Of a DNA stretch of 64,000 nt, positions 21,801 through 30,664 are shown piece after piece. Source of the stretch: a virus (taxonomy: Duplodnaviria > Caudoviricetes); IMG/VR virus record IMGVR_UViG_3300028805_000067, positions 1-64,000 of that record; one strand, written 5' to 3'. A program made the translations under genes and the position numbers. The notes under the pieces are model-generated. The model did no database searches. It had not been told where the DNA came from and saw only the letters and a list, made by a program, of their open reading frames with translations. Numbering within the stretch: the stretch's first letter is position 1; every line of letters begins with the position of its first letter.

Positions 21801-23763
21801 AGAAATTGGTAGAGGTACAAGAGATTACAGAATGGATCTAGCCGAAGATCAGCATTATTATCAGTATACAGATAAATTACATGAATATGATAGCTGGAGC
21901 GCTAAACTTGCTGAACATTCTGAATTTACAGATGGTACAATAGTATATAAAGAGACTGTAGCAGATAATACAAACGATGGCAAGTTAGCATTTCTTGAGT
22001 TTACTAACGCAGGAATACGAAAATGGAATTTTCCTAGTACCTCCAGTTCAACATATATTTCGGATAAAACAAGTCCATGCATTTGTAGATACAACAATGG
22101 CGAAATGATTTATGTGGATGCGGGGCTTGTAGATGTCACCTTAATGCAGGATATTGAACTAACACCAAATAAAATGGTATATTTAAATATATCAAGTTAC
22201 AATGTATTTGATGATATATCTGCATCTTGGGGCGTATCCGCATCGCCGTTTACTCAAACTGTAACTGCTTCTGACCAAATGGTGTTAGGTATAGCAGTGG
22301 ACAGCAGTCATTTCTACTTGCTTCCCGATAATAGAATCAATGACAAGAAAGGTCGTAGCGGTCATGCTTATGCTCGTAGTGCTTATAGCGCTGAACGATT
22401 AAGTAATAACACTCAAATAGGTGGAGGTACTAGTGCAGTATACTTTACAAATTTAGGTGTACCCACTCCAATTGATATTGCTGCGATAACTGTAAATAAT
22501 GCAACTAATGCAGCTAAAGTGAATGGCACAGCATTCGGATCAGCATCTACAATGGCATCTGGTGCATTTGCATCATCCAGTCATACACATACAACTGCTG
22601 ACATTACTAGTTTCACTTCTGCTGTAGACGATAGAATTACAAGAGATAAAATATTAGGAACTGTCAGTACTGGTGCAACTTGGACAGGTAGTTATAGTTT
22701 TGTTGAAGGTAATAATACAACTGCAAGTGGCGCCGCTTCACATGCGGAAGGTTATGATACAAAAGCTATTGGAAATTATGCTCATGCTGAAGGTTATTTT
22801 ACTTCAGCTAGCAGTGATGCTTCTCATGCAGAGGGTGGAAATACTACAGCCAGTGGAAGGCATTCGCATGCTGAAGGTTATAGAACTTTATCAAGTCTTG
22901 AATGGACACACTCAGAAGGTTATATGACTACAGCATCGGGTCAAAGCTCACACGCTGAAGGGGACACAACTTTTGCAAATGGTGCAGCTGCACATTCAGA
23001 AGGCATAAATACTATTGCTGATACTCTGGCTACGCATGCAGAAGGTTTAGGTACTACTGCAAAGTCAGTGCACTCTCATTCTGAAGGATATTATACTTTA
23101 GCTGGTAATGCAACTTTCAATGGTACAGCTGCGCATGCAGAAGGATATCAGACATCTGCATTAAGTAACTACAGTCATTCTGAAGGCGCATATACTAGAG
23201 CAGATTGGATGGCTACACATGCAGAAGGGTATGGTACTACTGCAACTGGAAAATATAGTCATGCGGGTGGGTACTATACAATCGCTAATAAAGATGCACA
23301 GACTTCAATAGGTAAGTTTAATGCCACAGTTGATTCAGCACTATTTATAGTAGGTAATGGCAGTAGTGCAGCGAGTACTGGTGAGGTGCGTTCAAATGCG
23401 ATGTATGTAACTACTGCCGGTAATATCAACTGTGTATCAGTTACCCAAACATCTGATGAACGATTAAAAGAGAATATACAATCATTAACATCTACTGATA
23501 AGTCTATCCTTGATGTGTTAGAACCAAAGCAATTCACACTTAAAGCGGATGAGAAACATCAGTTACATTATGGCTTTATTGCACAAGATGTAGAACGACA
23601 AATTAATGCATTAGGTTTCCCTACTTCATCACATAGCTTAATTGATATAGCGGATAATGAACAAGCATATTATAGTTTGAATTATACAGAGTTAATTCCT
23701 CTACTTGTTCAGAAAGTAAAAGATTTAGAGGCACGGATTGCCATATTAGAAAAGAATAAATAA
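18886..23763 (+). CDS. Large tail fibre/spike with YadA-head-like (SHAEG) repeats and C-terminal intramolecular chaperone (peptidase S74)
   Basis: NPVLKLGEVGYESDT..KIGNG N-terminus; many 14-aa (S/A)HAEG repeats; SDERLKENI...HYGFIAQDV...LNYTELIP. Confidence 0.85.
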   Translation: MADNVIDVRLQSAYKTAAVWSTSNPVLKLGEVGYESDTGGLFKIGNGTSTWNQLPYSNHRPLTNNDFDTANISTADVGCVTASSAAGATEHSAGTTGQALVSDGDSVYWGDPQHAGTTDEAQHATSAATLDDTEFIEDNEPYLFRTAPNEAGNRVYEDAIVGGSVAWNQLVQNGDFSDTSNWTTRGGTSFSVNNNVATVTFGSDSISALLSSMVPLYKNHVYLLHATIKSNDTGKLTMCMTINSGSIVNPHVDVTTTSNWTDIYALGVLNAEPSSPTRTANNIMFRRLGSDVFSVDIKNVYTTDLTLMFGTAIADYIYSLEQARAGSGIAWLKSYGFFTKDYYAYDAGGIESVKTSAKKVVGFNQWDEQWEVGSINGETGANVSHSSRFRSKNYIPALPNTGYFIKHPTSTFRLIYYDLNKNCIGSSSTFLQNKVLTTPENCYYIRFWQEGATYNHDICINIRWDGERDGEYEPYTEHTYPLDSTKEWRGLFKLDANNNLYADGDIYPASGEASRRYILVDLGTLTWTYNSTDARFICDNGITIKNTVTSSQLYNAICSKYVVVPRGELSDKNISLHYSYSQHSYINVMDSTYTDAATFKTAMNGVYLVCELATPTTESADPYTSPQIVDNWGTEEFVDERTVPIPVGHNSRYPKTDNYKLANIPAPPGGAGDYIVHTDEYGESVYQQASDIKVNYAGTADVGKRRIFIQGSQTTATTTGLWTGDASPYFNSADDLQDGQEITYWLPLPTTGDATLNLKFGDGTSSGAVDCYYSGTSRLTTHYGQGNAIHLTYRKNVKIPSTGSTTYTGWWADANYDTNSNTVSTLRGDYTYLVAGPTVGVKQYSLIARDANGKYSSFTSSQGTATSKPANRTDYFDISKIFYYNGSASVAANDNMSTATLHWAVAGADLRYSLNISKSALTVSKPVYLKFNANESTVSSITGAVCYKLGGTANDDYWSQTLPTSADGMIYVEIGRGTRDYRMDLAEDQHYYQYTDKLHEYDSWSAKLAEHSEFTDGTIVYKETVADNTNDGKLAFLEFTNAGIRKWNFPSTSSSTYISDKTSPCICRYNNGEMIYVDAGLVDVTLMQDIELTPNKMVYLNISSYNVFDDISASWGVSASPFTQTVTASDQMVLGIAVDSSHFYLLPDNRINDKKGRSGHAYARSAYSAERLSNNTQIGGGTSAVYFTNLGVPTPIDIAAITVNNATNAAKVNGTAFGSASTMASGAFASSSHTHTTADITSFTSAVDDRITRDKILGTVSTGATWTGSYSFVEGNNTTASGAASHAEGYDTKAIGNYAHAEGYFTSASSDASHAEGGNTTASGRHSHAEGYRTLSSLEWTHSEGYMTTASGQSSHAEGDTTFANGAAAHSEGINTIADTLATHAEGLGTTAKSVHSHSEGYYTLAGNATFNGTAAHAEGYQTSALSNYSHSEGAYTRADWMATHAEGYGTTATGKYSHAGGYYTIANKDAQTSIGKFNATVDSALFIVGNGSSAASTGEVRSNAMYVTTAGNINCVSVTQTSDERLKENIQSLTSTDKSILDVLEPKQFTLKADEKHQLHYGFIAQDVERQINALGFPTSSHSLIDIADNEQAYYSLNYTELIPLLVQKVKDLEARIAILEKNK

Positions 23764-23769
23764 AAAATT

Positions 23770-23805
23770 TAAGCCAATCTGTTAAAGCGGATTGGCTTAT
23801 TTTTT
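23770..23805 (+). terminator. Intrinsic terminator
   Basis: TAAGCCAATCTG...CGGATTGGCTTA followed by T-run. Confidence 0.7.
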
Positions 23806-23846
23806 ATTATATTATATAAAGGAGTTTTGGGAGGTGTAAGGAGGAT

Positions 23847-24239
23847 ATGGATAATAATGTTTTATCTATGCAACAGAATTTGGTTGATGCGATACAGACT
23901 ATTGTAGATGCCGCCTTAGCCAAACAATCTCGTGATATAACAATTGTAGGTAAGATTACAAGAGTTAAAGATATAGAAAAAGGTATTTATGTGGTACAGT
24001 ATGAAGATTTATATTTTGATGGGTATGCGGCGGGCGCCGGCTCATACGCTGTCGCAGATGCTGTATATGTACTGATACCGCAAAATAACTTTGCAAATAA
24101 AAAGATAATATTGAATAAGGCGGAAGGCGATATGTTAGTAGGCTGCGTCAAGAAAGAAGTTACGCAAGCTGAGTACGATGCGCTACCGCCAAGTAAAGAT
24201 AATGATGGAATAATTTATTTTATTTCAGACGGAGAATGA
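23847..24239 (+). CDS. Baseplate/tail-associated protein with C-terminal TQAEYDAL motif
   Basis: OB-like N-terminus (VYVLIPQNNF); C-terminal VTQAEYDALPPSKDNDGIIYFISD. Confidence 0.55.
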   Translation: MDNNVLSMQQNLVDAIQTIVDAALAKQSRDITIVGKITRVKDIEKGIYVVQYEDLYFDGYAAGAGSYAVADAVYVLIPQNNFANKKIILNKAEGDMLVGCVKKEVTQAEYDALPPSKDNDGIIYFISDGE

Positions 24240-24254
24240 AAGGAGTTTAATATT

Positions 24255-24746
24255 ATGGGTAAAATAATGTTAAATGATATAGAATATAGTAGTGGCGGTT
24301 CTGGTGGCTCTAATTTGCCTCCTGTTACTGCTGAGGATAAAGGTAAAGTCCTTACAGTTGATTCAAATGGTAATTGGGATGCAATGACACCTTCTGGTGG
24401 AAGTTCTATGGATTTTTCTACAACTTCTGAAGTAGAAGTCGGTGTATGGATAGACAATAGACCTATTTATAGACAAATATTTACATTCTCAGGATATACA
24501 GGTTCTAATGTAACTGAACACACTATGGGTTCAATTTCAAATCTCAGAGAAGTTTTACCTATGTCAACAATGGTATTTAGAGATGAAAGTATATACTATG
24601 TACCTAATTATACAGTTCAAGCATATACAAATTCTAATGGCGTAAAAATTGATGGTAGTGGAAATGTTATATTTAGAAACCAGCATGAAAATTTTAATAA
24701 TGCATTAGTGAGAGCTGTAATTTATTACACAAAAACAACAGATTAG
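24255..24746 (+). CDS. Small fibre/receptor-binding module
   Basis: Shares MGKIMLN N-terminus with 43380-45371 and STT.E..VG.WID.RP domain with C-terminus of 45388-48903. Confidence 0.6.
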   Translation: MGKIMLNDIEYSSGGSGGSNLPPVTAEDKGKVLTVDSNGNWDAMTPSGGSSMDFSTTSEVEVGVWIDNRPIYRQIFTFSGYTGSNVTEHTMGSISNLREVLPMSTMVFRDESIYYVPNYTVQAYTNSNGVKIDGSGNVIFRNQHENFNNALVRAVIYYTKTTD

Positions 24747-24887
24747 TTAATCATTTAATATAGCTTATGATTCATAACAAAATTTTTGGTCTTTTTAATA
24801 TAGTTTTATTTATGAATTTTTTATAAATATATGGATAGGTTAGAAATAACCTATACTACTTATATATTTAAGGAGGTAAACTATCTT

Positions 24888-25481
24888 ATGGAAAATGGTT
24901 TATCTAACTCAGATGTTGCTTTATTAGCTGGTCGCAACAATGATGGTATCTTTGGTGGTGACAACGGTTTAGTATGGCTTCTTGCATTCTTTATGTTTGC
25001 TGGCGGCGGATTTGGTGGCTTTGGCGGCAATCGTGGTCCAATTGATGTGGTAACCAGCGCAGAATTGCAAGCTAGTCAGAATGCTCAGACTAATTCCATT
25101 CAGCTGGGACAGATTCAGCAAGCTCTTGCTGACAATCGCTATGATATTGCCCAGACCATTAATACTCAGACATCTGAACTTGTTGCACAGAATAATACTA
25201 ATCTGATTAATGCTATTCAAGGCTTCAATAATCTTGGTTTACAGATTACTAATCAGACTAATGTATTGTCACAACAGCTTATGGGACTTGATGCTAAATT
25301 AACTCAGTGCTGCTGTGAGATTAAGACTCAGATGCTGCAGAATAGACTTGATGACGCTCAAGCTAAAAATGTTACTCTGCAGAATGCAATTGATAATGCT
25401 AACCAGAGTCAGTATATTCTTAGTCAACTTGGTAGATTTGTAGCTTGGCCTGGTTCAGGTACCCCTACAACAGCTGGTTAA
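24888..25481 (+). CDS. Gly-rich/coiled-coil protein with CCCE motif
   Basis: AGGAGG RBS before ATG 24888; GGGFGGFGG, QCCCEIKTQ. Confidence 0.65.
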   Translation: MENGLSNSDVALLAGRNNDGIFGGDNGLVWLLAFFMFAGGGFGGFGGNRGPIDVVTSAELQASQNAQTNSIQLGQIQQALADNRYDIAQTINTQTSELVAQNNTNLINAIQGFNNLGLQITNQTNVLSQQLMGLDAKLTQCCCEIKTQMLQNRLDDAQAKNVTLQNAIDNANQSQYILSQLGRFVAWPGSGTPTTAG

Positions 25482-25580
25482 ATTAATTTTTCATTATAGT
25501 TTTTAAGATTATTGCGGTTGGCTCATTGGATTTTTATTGTCCGGTGGGCTGGCTGCAATAATAATATATAAGGAGTAGAT

Positions 25581-25886
25581 ATGGACTTACAATATTTTTA
25601 TGATAAAATTGTTGATGAGTTAGATGGGGCACAAGAGTATATAAAAAATGCTATGGAAATAAAAGCGATGGATGATAGTTGGGGGAAGCGTTTTTATGAA
25701 ATGGCACAAATGGAATTAGAGCATGCAACAATGTTGTATAAGATGTCTAATGAATTATATACTAAAGTAAATAAAGCATTTTCTGAACCTCCTAAATATA
25801 TGCAAGATATCCATCACAACATCACCGATTGTTATGCAACTAAATATGCAAATGTAAAAGTGCTTTTAGATGCATATAATAAATGA
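25581..25886 (+). CDS. Ferritin-like four-helix protein
   Basis: DELDGAQEY...MAQMELEHA (ExxH). Confidence 0.55.
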   Translation: MDLQYFYDKIVDELDGAQEYIKNAMEIKAMDDSWGKRFYEMAQMELEHATMLYKMSNELYTKVNKAFSEPPKYMQDIHHNITDCYATKYANVKVLLDAYNK

Positions 25887-25908
25887 AATAATTAAAGGAG
25901 AGTGACAG

Positions 25909-26196
25909 ATGGAAGTTAATTTAACTGTTGCTGAAATATCTGCCACTTTAAGTAATGAGCATATATTAAATGCTGTAATTGATAAGGGCGGATATAGCGA
26001 AAATGAAGATAGTGTTGCGGCGGGTAAGGCTATAGTGGCTGCCGCCATAAGTAACAAAGGTGTGCCAACTAGCGGCATAGTTAGTTTTAACCAGATGGCT
26101 AAAAATATAGATAAAATTAGAACTGGTCCAGAGGCAGCAAGTAATAGTGTAATGGTAGATACTACTGTTACTGTAACTGCGGAGGTGATTGAATGA
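25909..26196 (+). CDS. Putative structural protein (paralog of 28071-28346)
   Basis: AAAISNKGV..SFNQMAKNIDKI motif. Confidence 0.6.
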   Translation: MEVNLTVAEISATLSNEHILNAVIDKGGYSENEDSVAAGKAIVAAAISNKGVPTSGIVSFNQMAKNIDKIRTGPEAASNSVMVDTTVTVTAEVIE

Positions 26197-26798
26197 TAGT
26201 TAGTAATTATAATTTATTAAAAGCATTTTTTATAAATACCAGTATAGGACAAACTTCTATGGGAAATACTCCACCTTGGTATACTGAAACACTTGCAAAA
26301 ACTATTGACAATGTAAATGTTAATGTGATTAATAAAGTGTTTAATTATAGTGCAAATCAAACTATTTATACTAATTGTGCTTTTTCAATTGAGCGTAGTA
26401 TGCTATCTTATGCGAGACTAAATCAAATAGATGATATACAATTTACAGAGGATGTAATAACTCCTGCTTATACTGATATTACTTTATCTAATTTAATTTC
26501 TAATATTGCAAAACAAAGCATTACTAATAATGCAATTATGGAAGATGGAATATTAAAAAATACTGTAATTGCAACTTATATAAATAACAACGATACTGCA
26601 ATCACTATTAACGGTTACGGATTAATACATAATGTACAATGGTCACAAAGTTTGTCAGATGCTCATAATTTAGGTGGCGGAACAAGAACTCAAAATGTAT
26701 TAATTTATGAAAATAATCTTGTAGAAACTTTAACAGTTCCAGCTCATACTGGTTTTACTGTTACAATTACTTGGTCTGATACTAATATTGAGAAATAA
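26193..26798 (+). CDS. Putative structural protein (distant paralog of 27542-28057)
   Basis: ATGA overlap with upstream gene; similar termini to 27542-28057. Confidence 0.55.
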   Translation: MIVSNYNLLKAFFINTSIGQTSMGNTPPWYTETLAKTIDNVNVNVINKVFNYSANQTIYTNCAFSIERSMLSYARLNQIDDIQFTEDVITPAYTDITLSNLISNIAKQSITNNAIMEDGILKNTVIATYINNNDTAITINGYGLIHNVQWSQSLSDAHNLGGGTRTQNVLIYENNLVETLTVPAHTGFTVTITWSDTNIEK

Positions 26799-26811
26799 TA
26801 TAAACAAAAAT

Positions 26812-26855
26812 AAAGGGCTTAACTTCAAATATTATGAAGTTAAGCCCCATTTTTT
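26812..26855. terminator. Bidirectional terminator between convergent operons
   Basis: GGGCTTAACTTCA...TGAAGTTAAGCCC flanked by A/T runs. Confidence 0.75.
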
Positions 26856-27165
26856 ATTGTCTTGTTTTCAAATATTGCGCTATCATTTGCTCTACTTGAG
26901 CTGGATTAGTAATACCTTTCATCCTAGCCATAGCGAGCGCTGCATCTTTATATGTTCCACTTTGCAGCAGTGACATGTATTGCTGCAACTCTGGATTGTT
27001 TGCCGCCATAGCATTTATTAATTGATTAGGAGATTGTCCATTATTAATTAAAGTCATTAGACTGTCTAATTGCTGTTTTTGCGCGGGCGTCAGCTGCAAG
27101 CCTGCTGAGCATTGTGGATTTGTCTGATTCTGCGGCATTTGATTGCTGAATAGAGAACTTGCCAT
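26854..27165 (-). CDS. Q/N/M-rich hypothetical protein
   Basis: GAGGA RBS, ORF. Confidence 0.6.
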   Translation of the reverse strand: MASSLFSNQMPQNQTNPQCSAGLQLTPAQKQQLDSLMTLINNGQSPNQLINAMAANNPELQQYMSLLQSGTYKDAALAMARMKGITNPAQVEQMIAQYLKTRQ

Positions 27166-27514
27166 TTAATAGTTCCTCCTTAAAGTTTTCAAAATCATTT
27201 TTTGTTACAATAATATCTTTTAAATTATTAAAATCTTCTAAGGTGATATACTTTTTATCACTTTCAGAATTTTCTATATTAATTTTTTCAAGCTTTTTGC
27301 GGAAAAAATCATATGCATCAATAGTAGCGTAACCACCAGCGTCCGCACTTTTAATATACATGATATCTTCATTTGCATCAAATAAAGGTATACGGCAATT
27401 AGGGCGGATTGGGTATGCGCGTGCGCCTTCAATACCATTAACTCTAATTAAATCTTGATTCATTGTTGGCATTGTAGGATAAATACCATTAGAAAATAGG
27501 TTATCACCTAACAT
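27044..27514 (-). CDS. Conserved Clostridia-phage hypothetical protein
   Basis: VNGIEGARAYP...LFD.NEDIMYIKSAD motif; AAGGAG RBS. Confidence 0.6.
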   Translation of the reverse strand: MLGDNLFSNGIYPTMPTMNQDLIRVNGIEGARAYPIRPNCRIPLFDANEDIMYIKSADAGGYATIDAYDFFRKKLEKINIENSESDKKYITLEDFNNLKDIIVTKNDFENFKEELLNGKFSIQQSNAAESDKSTMLSRLAADARAKTAIRQSNDFN

Positions 27515-27541
27515 TTGTTTATATCTCCTTTTTATTTATAT

Positions 27542-28057
27542 TTATGCCTCATCCCATTCAATGGTAATAGTAGCAGATTCACCACTTTGTAGTGATACTG
27601 TATTGGCTAATATTACACGAACAAGTAATACTTCTTTCATTGTACTTCCACTATAAGTGGTAGGAAAACTTTTAGTTATACCAACTTCATTAATATTTAT
27701 ATCTGTGCTTGCAGTAACATTAAAACTAAGTATGCGTTTGCTACTATTTTGTGTAGATATATTCCAATTAATATTAGATACTGTGACACCAGATGAAATA
27801 GGTGATTTTAAAGTGTAATCTGTTACACTTCCTTCTTCAGTTGAATCTCCTAATCGAATTGCTACATTTGAAGTTAAATTAAAAGATTGACTTATAAAAG
27901 AATATACTGAACCGTTTGAAGTAGAAACTCCATTACAAAAAGTAACAGTATCACCATTATTTATATCTTTCATAGTGGTATTTATATATTGTTCTGACGC
28001 TTCAATTTTATATAGTTGTTGCACTCTTCGCAATTCCCAATAATTATTTAATATCAT
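27542..28057 (-). CDS. Putative structural protein
   Basis: Beta-rich, RBS. Confidence 0.55.
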   Translation of the reverse strand: MILNNYWELRRVQQLYKIEASEQYINTTMKDINNGDTVTFCNGVSTSNGSVYSFISQSFNLTSNVAIRLGDSTEEGSVTDYTLKSPISSGVTVSNINWNISTQNSSKRILSFNVTASTDININEVGITKSFPTTYSGSTMKEVLLVRVILANTVSLQSGESATITIEWDEA

Positions 28058-28070
28058 AATTCTCTCCTTA

Positions 28071-28346
28071 TCAAATTAATTCAACAGTAGTAGTAATAAT
28101 ATTATGACTTGCAATTTTATTAGCAGTATAATATTGTGATGCATGAGAACCACCGCCTGTTGTTTTAATTTGGTCTATATTTTTACTCATTTGACTAAAA
28201 CTAGCTGTTTTATCAGTAGCAATACCCTTGGCGGAGATGGCTGCGGCGAGGCCCGCCTTAGCTGTAACAATAACAGTATTTTCTTCAGTTGCTACGCTAT
28301 CTAGATTAGTTTCAACCAATTTAGCAGTTAATTGTTCCATAGCCAC
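28071..28346 (-). CDS. Putative structural protein (paralog of 25909-26196)
   Basis: AAAISAKGI..SFSQMSKNIDQI. Confidence 0.6.
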   Translation of the reverse strand: MAMEQLTAKLVETNLDSVATEENTVIVTAKAGLAAAISAKGIATDKTASFSQMSKNIDQIKTTGGGSHASQYYTANKIASHNIITTTVELI

Positions 28347-28349
28347 CTC

Positions 28350-28763
28350 CTAAGTTGTTGTATTCAATCTTTTGCCTACTTCATTTGTAACTGTCAAGGT
28401 AGCAGAAATTATAGTAAACTCATCCCAATCACAAGGCGCGATGCCTTCTTCAATAGCGTCATCCGCATTTATAGGATTACCTTGTTCATCTGTATAAAAA
28501 TTATGAAATAATTGAATATCATATAAATAATCATCTAAATTTAATTGTGTAAGTGTAGGTGGAATTCGTAATACATTACTTGCTGCATCACCTTCTTGTC
28601 TTTTAATAATTGTAGGTGATTTCTTTCTTTTGATTGCAAATACCAAATAGTCAGCAGCAGTCATTTCATATGCTGTTCCATCACTTTTTTTAATATTTAA
28701 AGTTAAATATGCACTATCACCGCGTGTAATGCGTATATTATTATTACCATCTATTGTTAGCAT
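28350..28763 (-). CDS. BppU-like baseplate/fibre adaptor domain protein
   Basis: ITRGDSAYLTLNI...YLYDIQL pattern. Confidence 0.55.
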   Translation of the reverse strand: MLTIDGNNNIRITRGDSAYLTLNIKKSDGTAYEMTAADYLVFAIKRKKSPTIIKRQEGDAASNVLRIPPTLTQLNLDDYLYDIQLFHNFYTDEQGNPINADDAIEEGIAPCDWDEFTIISATLTVTNEVGKRLNTTT

Positions 28764-28819
28764 ATATTACCCTCCTTAAAAAAATAGGCTCAAGACAAAC
28801 ATTATCTTGAGCCGCAGCA

Positions 28820-28894
28820 TTGCAGGAAGCAGATTTGAACTGCTGTCTCTTGGTTATGAGCCAAGTATCCTAGACCGGACTAGAAGATCCTGCG
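28820..28894 (-). tRNA. tRNA-Met(CAT), initiator-like
   Basis: CGCAGGA..CTTGG-CTCATAA-CCAAG..AGCAG-TTCAAAT-CTGCT-TCCTGCA-A; C1:A72 mismatch. Confidence 0.88.
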
Positions 28895-29001
28895 ATATAT
28901 TTATTAATTTGTCTGCGTAATTTACGCAGTACGCCCGCACTTTTCTTACCTCTATTTTCAATTTTGTTTAATCTTGCTTTCATTTGCTCTAATGTATACA
29001 T
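28870..29001 (-). CDS. 43-aa basic peptide overlapping 5' end of tRNA-Met
   Basis: MYTLEQMKARLNKIENRGKKSAGVLRKLRRQINKYIAGSSSPV*; AGGTAGG upstream. Confidence 0.45.
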   Translation of the reverse strand: MYTLEQMKARLNKIENRGKKSAGVLRKLRRQINKYIAGSSSPV

Positions 29002-29121
29002 TGGATTATACCTACCTTTACAAATTATATATAACTTTAATCAAAAGAAAAAGTTAAGAAGAAAAAGATTAAAGTAATTTTTCATTCTTATAAAATTAAG
29101 AAAGAGGTGCTTATGCAATAT

Positions 29122-29746
29122 AATTGAATAATTTAACTATAATAACTTGTACTAGACCTTCGTCTTACCTCTATTACCTTTACAAATATTCGGTCAGTAG
29201 ATAGTTAAGTCTGAGCCTATAGTCCGTCGATTATAAACTTCTTAACTAGCGTTTCCGCCTCATGTCTACAAGGGATTGCTTACCCTTAACTTTCACCCAC
29301 CATTCAGAATGTTAAATATATTTCTAATTAAATACCATCTACCACGATAGTTTGCAGATTTGGGCTACTCGTACCAACAACACCTTTCTCTTATAGTGTA
29401 TTGCTACACATTCAACTGCAACTATTCCCTTAGTGTGCGTTTCTTAGGTTTGCGGAGGTTGCACAGCCGCCGCCTAACTAAGATTCTCTCTTGACTTTTG
29501 AATCAAGCCGTCTATTGCGGGAACGAGAAATGTTGTACCTTTTTATACGATAACTTTAGCACTAAAATCTGGGAAACCAACTAGTTTTTAATTGGCATTG
29601 TGCTTTTCTCACGAAAAGAAACTTTTATTATAACAAAAGTATCCTTATGTTATAACTTATTTCCGTTACCAGATTTTATCTCGGAACACATAGCATTGTG
29701 TCTTTACACCGAGTTAGTAAAATTATTATAATTAAATTATTCAATT
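29122..29746 (-). ncRNA. Large ornate ncRNA, ROOL-like (~625 nt)
   Basis: No ORF; ~27-bp terminal closing stem whose G.U wobbles work only on the minus strand; GNRA-capped hairpins (GTGTA-GCAA-TACAC, GCG-GAAA-CGC, CTTTTC-GTGA-GAAAAG); own promoter; tRNA-cluster context. Family assignment rests on size and context only. Confidence 0.65.
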
Positions 29747-29794
29747 TTCATTTTCTATAATTATTATATCAAAAATTTTTAATTTTTTCAACTT

Positions 29795-30073
29795 TTATTT
29801 TCTGAAGAACCATTTACACCATTGTTCAAATAAATCATCTTCATCTTTGTCGTAAAAATAAAAATTTTTGTGTTGCGCTAAATACATACTTAAAGTTTTG
29901 TACCAACGATAATCTTCAATATTCCAAGGATTAATTACTTTTTTGTAATCATTACCTTTTAAAATATAATTTTCATCTTTTAATCGTTGTCTTATAACCT
30001 TATTACTATATCGCTTCATATACTTATTTTTGCCTTCACCACAAGAAGGCGTGTGTTTGTAACTTCTACTCAT
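29795..30073 (-). CDS. Small basic hypothetical protein (MSRSYKHTP...)
   Basis: AAGGAGG RBS before ATG 30073. Confidence 0.65.
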   Translation of the reverse strand: MSRSYKHTPSCGEGKNKYMKRYSNKVIRQRLKDENYILKGNDYKKVINPWNIEDYRWYKTLSMYLAQHKNFYFYDKDEDDLFEQWCKWFFRK

Positions 30074-30176
30074 AACAAACCTCCTTGTTAAGCACAATAA
30101 TCAAGTGGTGCCCATATCTCACTTGAACCTACACTACTCTCCCACAATACATATAAGTAGCACCCAATTGTTTGCG

Positions 30177-30249
30177 TGGACCAGCAACGGTTATGCTCCG
30201 TTTACTCCTGCTTGCAGGGCAGGTGTTTTCCTGATTAAACTAGCAGCCC
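30177..30249 (-). tRNA. tRNA-Ala(TGC), atypical T-loop
   Basis: GGGCTGC..CCTGC-CCTGCAA-GCAGG..AACGG-AGCATAA-CCGTT; G3.U70. Confidence 0.8.
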
Positions 30250-30664
30250 ATTATTTTCAACCTAGTAGCCTCCCCTATTGTGGTTCCGCCTTCCACACTC
30301 TTCTAGTCTACTTCTCTTTGCTTAGCTAGATGAGATTTTATGCTACGCTAGCAGTAACAAATGCGTATTTTCTCTATCAGGTTCTTTAAATAATTCTACA
30401 CTCGGTTGAAAGCCCCTTTTACAGTGGTAGCTTACTATCCTTACGATAAAGTCGACCTCGTAAGTAAAGTTCATTTTATTTTTGTTATTGGTAAAAGAAC
30501 ATTTCTAAACAAAAACCTCACCGTCACCTTCCTTTTTTACTCTCTGATAAATTTAGGTATGGCACGATCTTATCAGAAGAAGTCTTTTTCTATGTATATC
30601 TTCTCTTAATTAGCGATAGAAAAAGAGGGTGTATATATTAACGATTAAAACGATAATATCAAAA

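Noticed and set aside
22700-23290. CRISPR array or DGR repeats in periodic sequence here and at 45990-46770 and 48030-48310
   Set aside because: These are degenerate coding repeats (14-aa HAEG and ~19-aa TAG.NI.ID units); no identical repeats with spacers, no Cas gene and no reverse transcriptase.
25909-28346. Invertible (shufflon-like) segment
   Set aside because: Paralogy is only at the protein level; no clear DNA inverted repeats or recombinase in the window.
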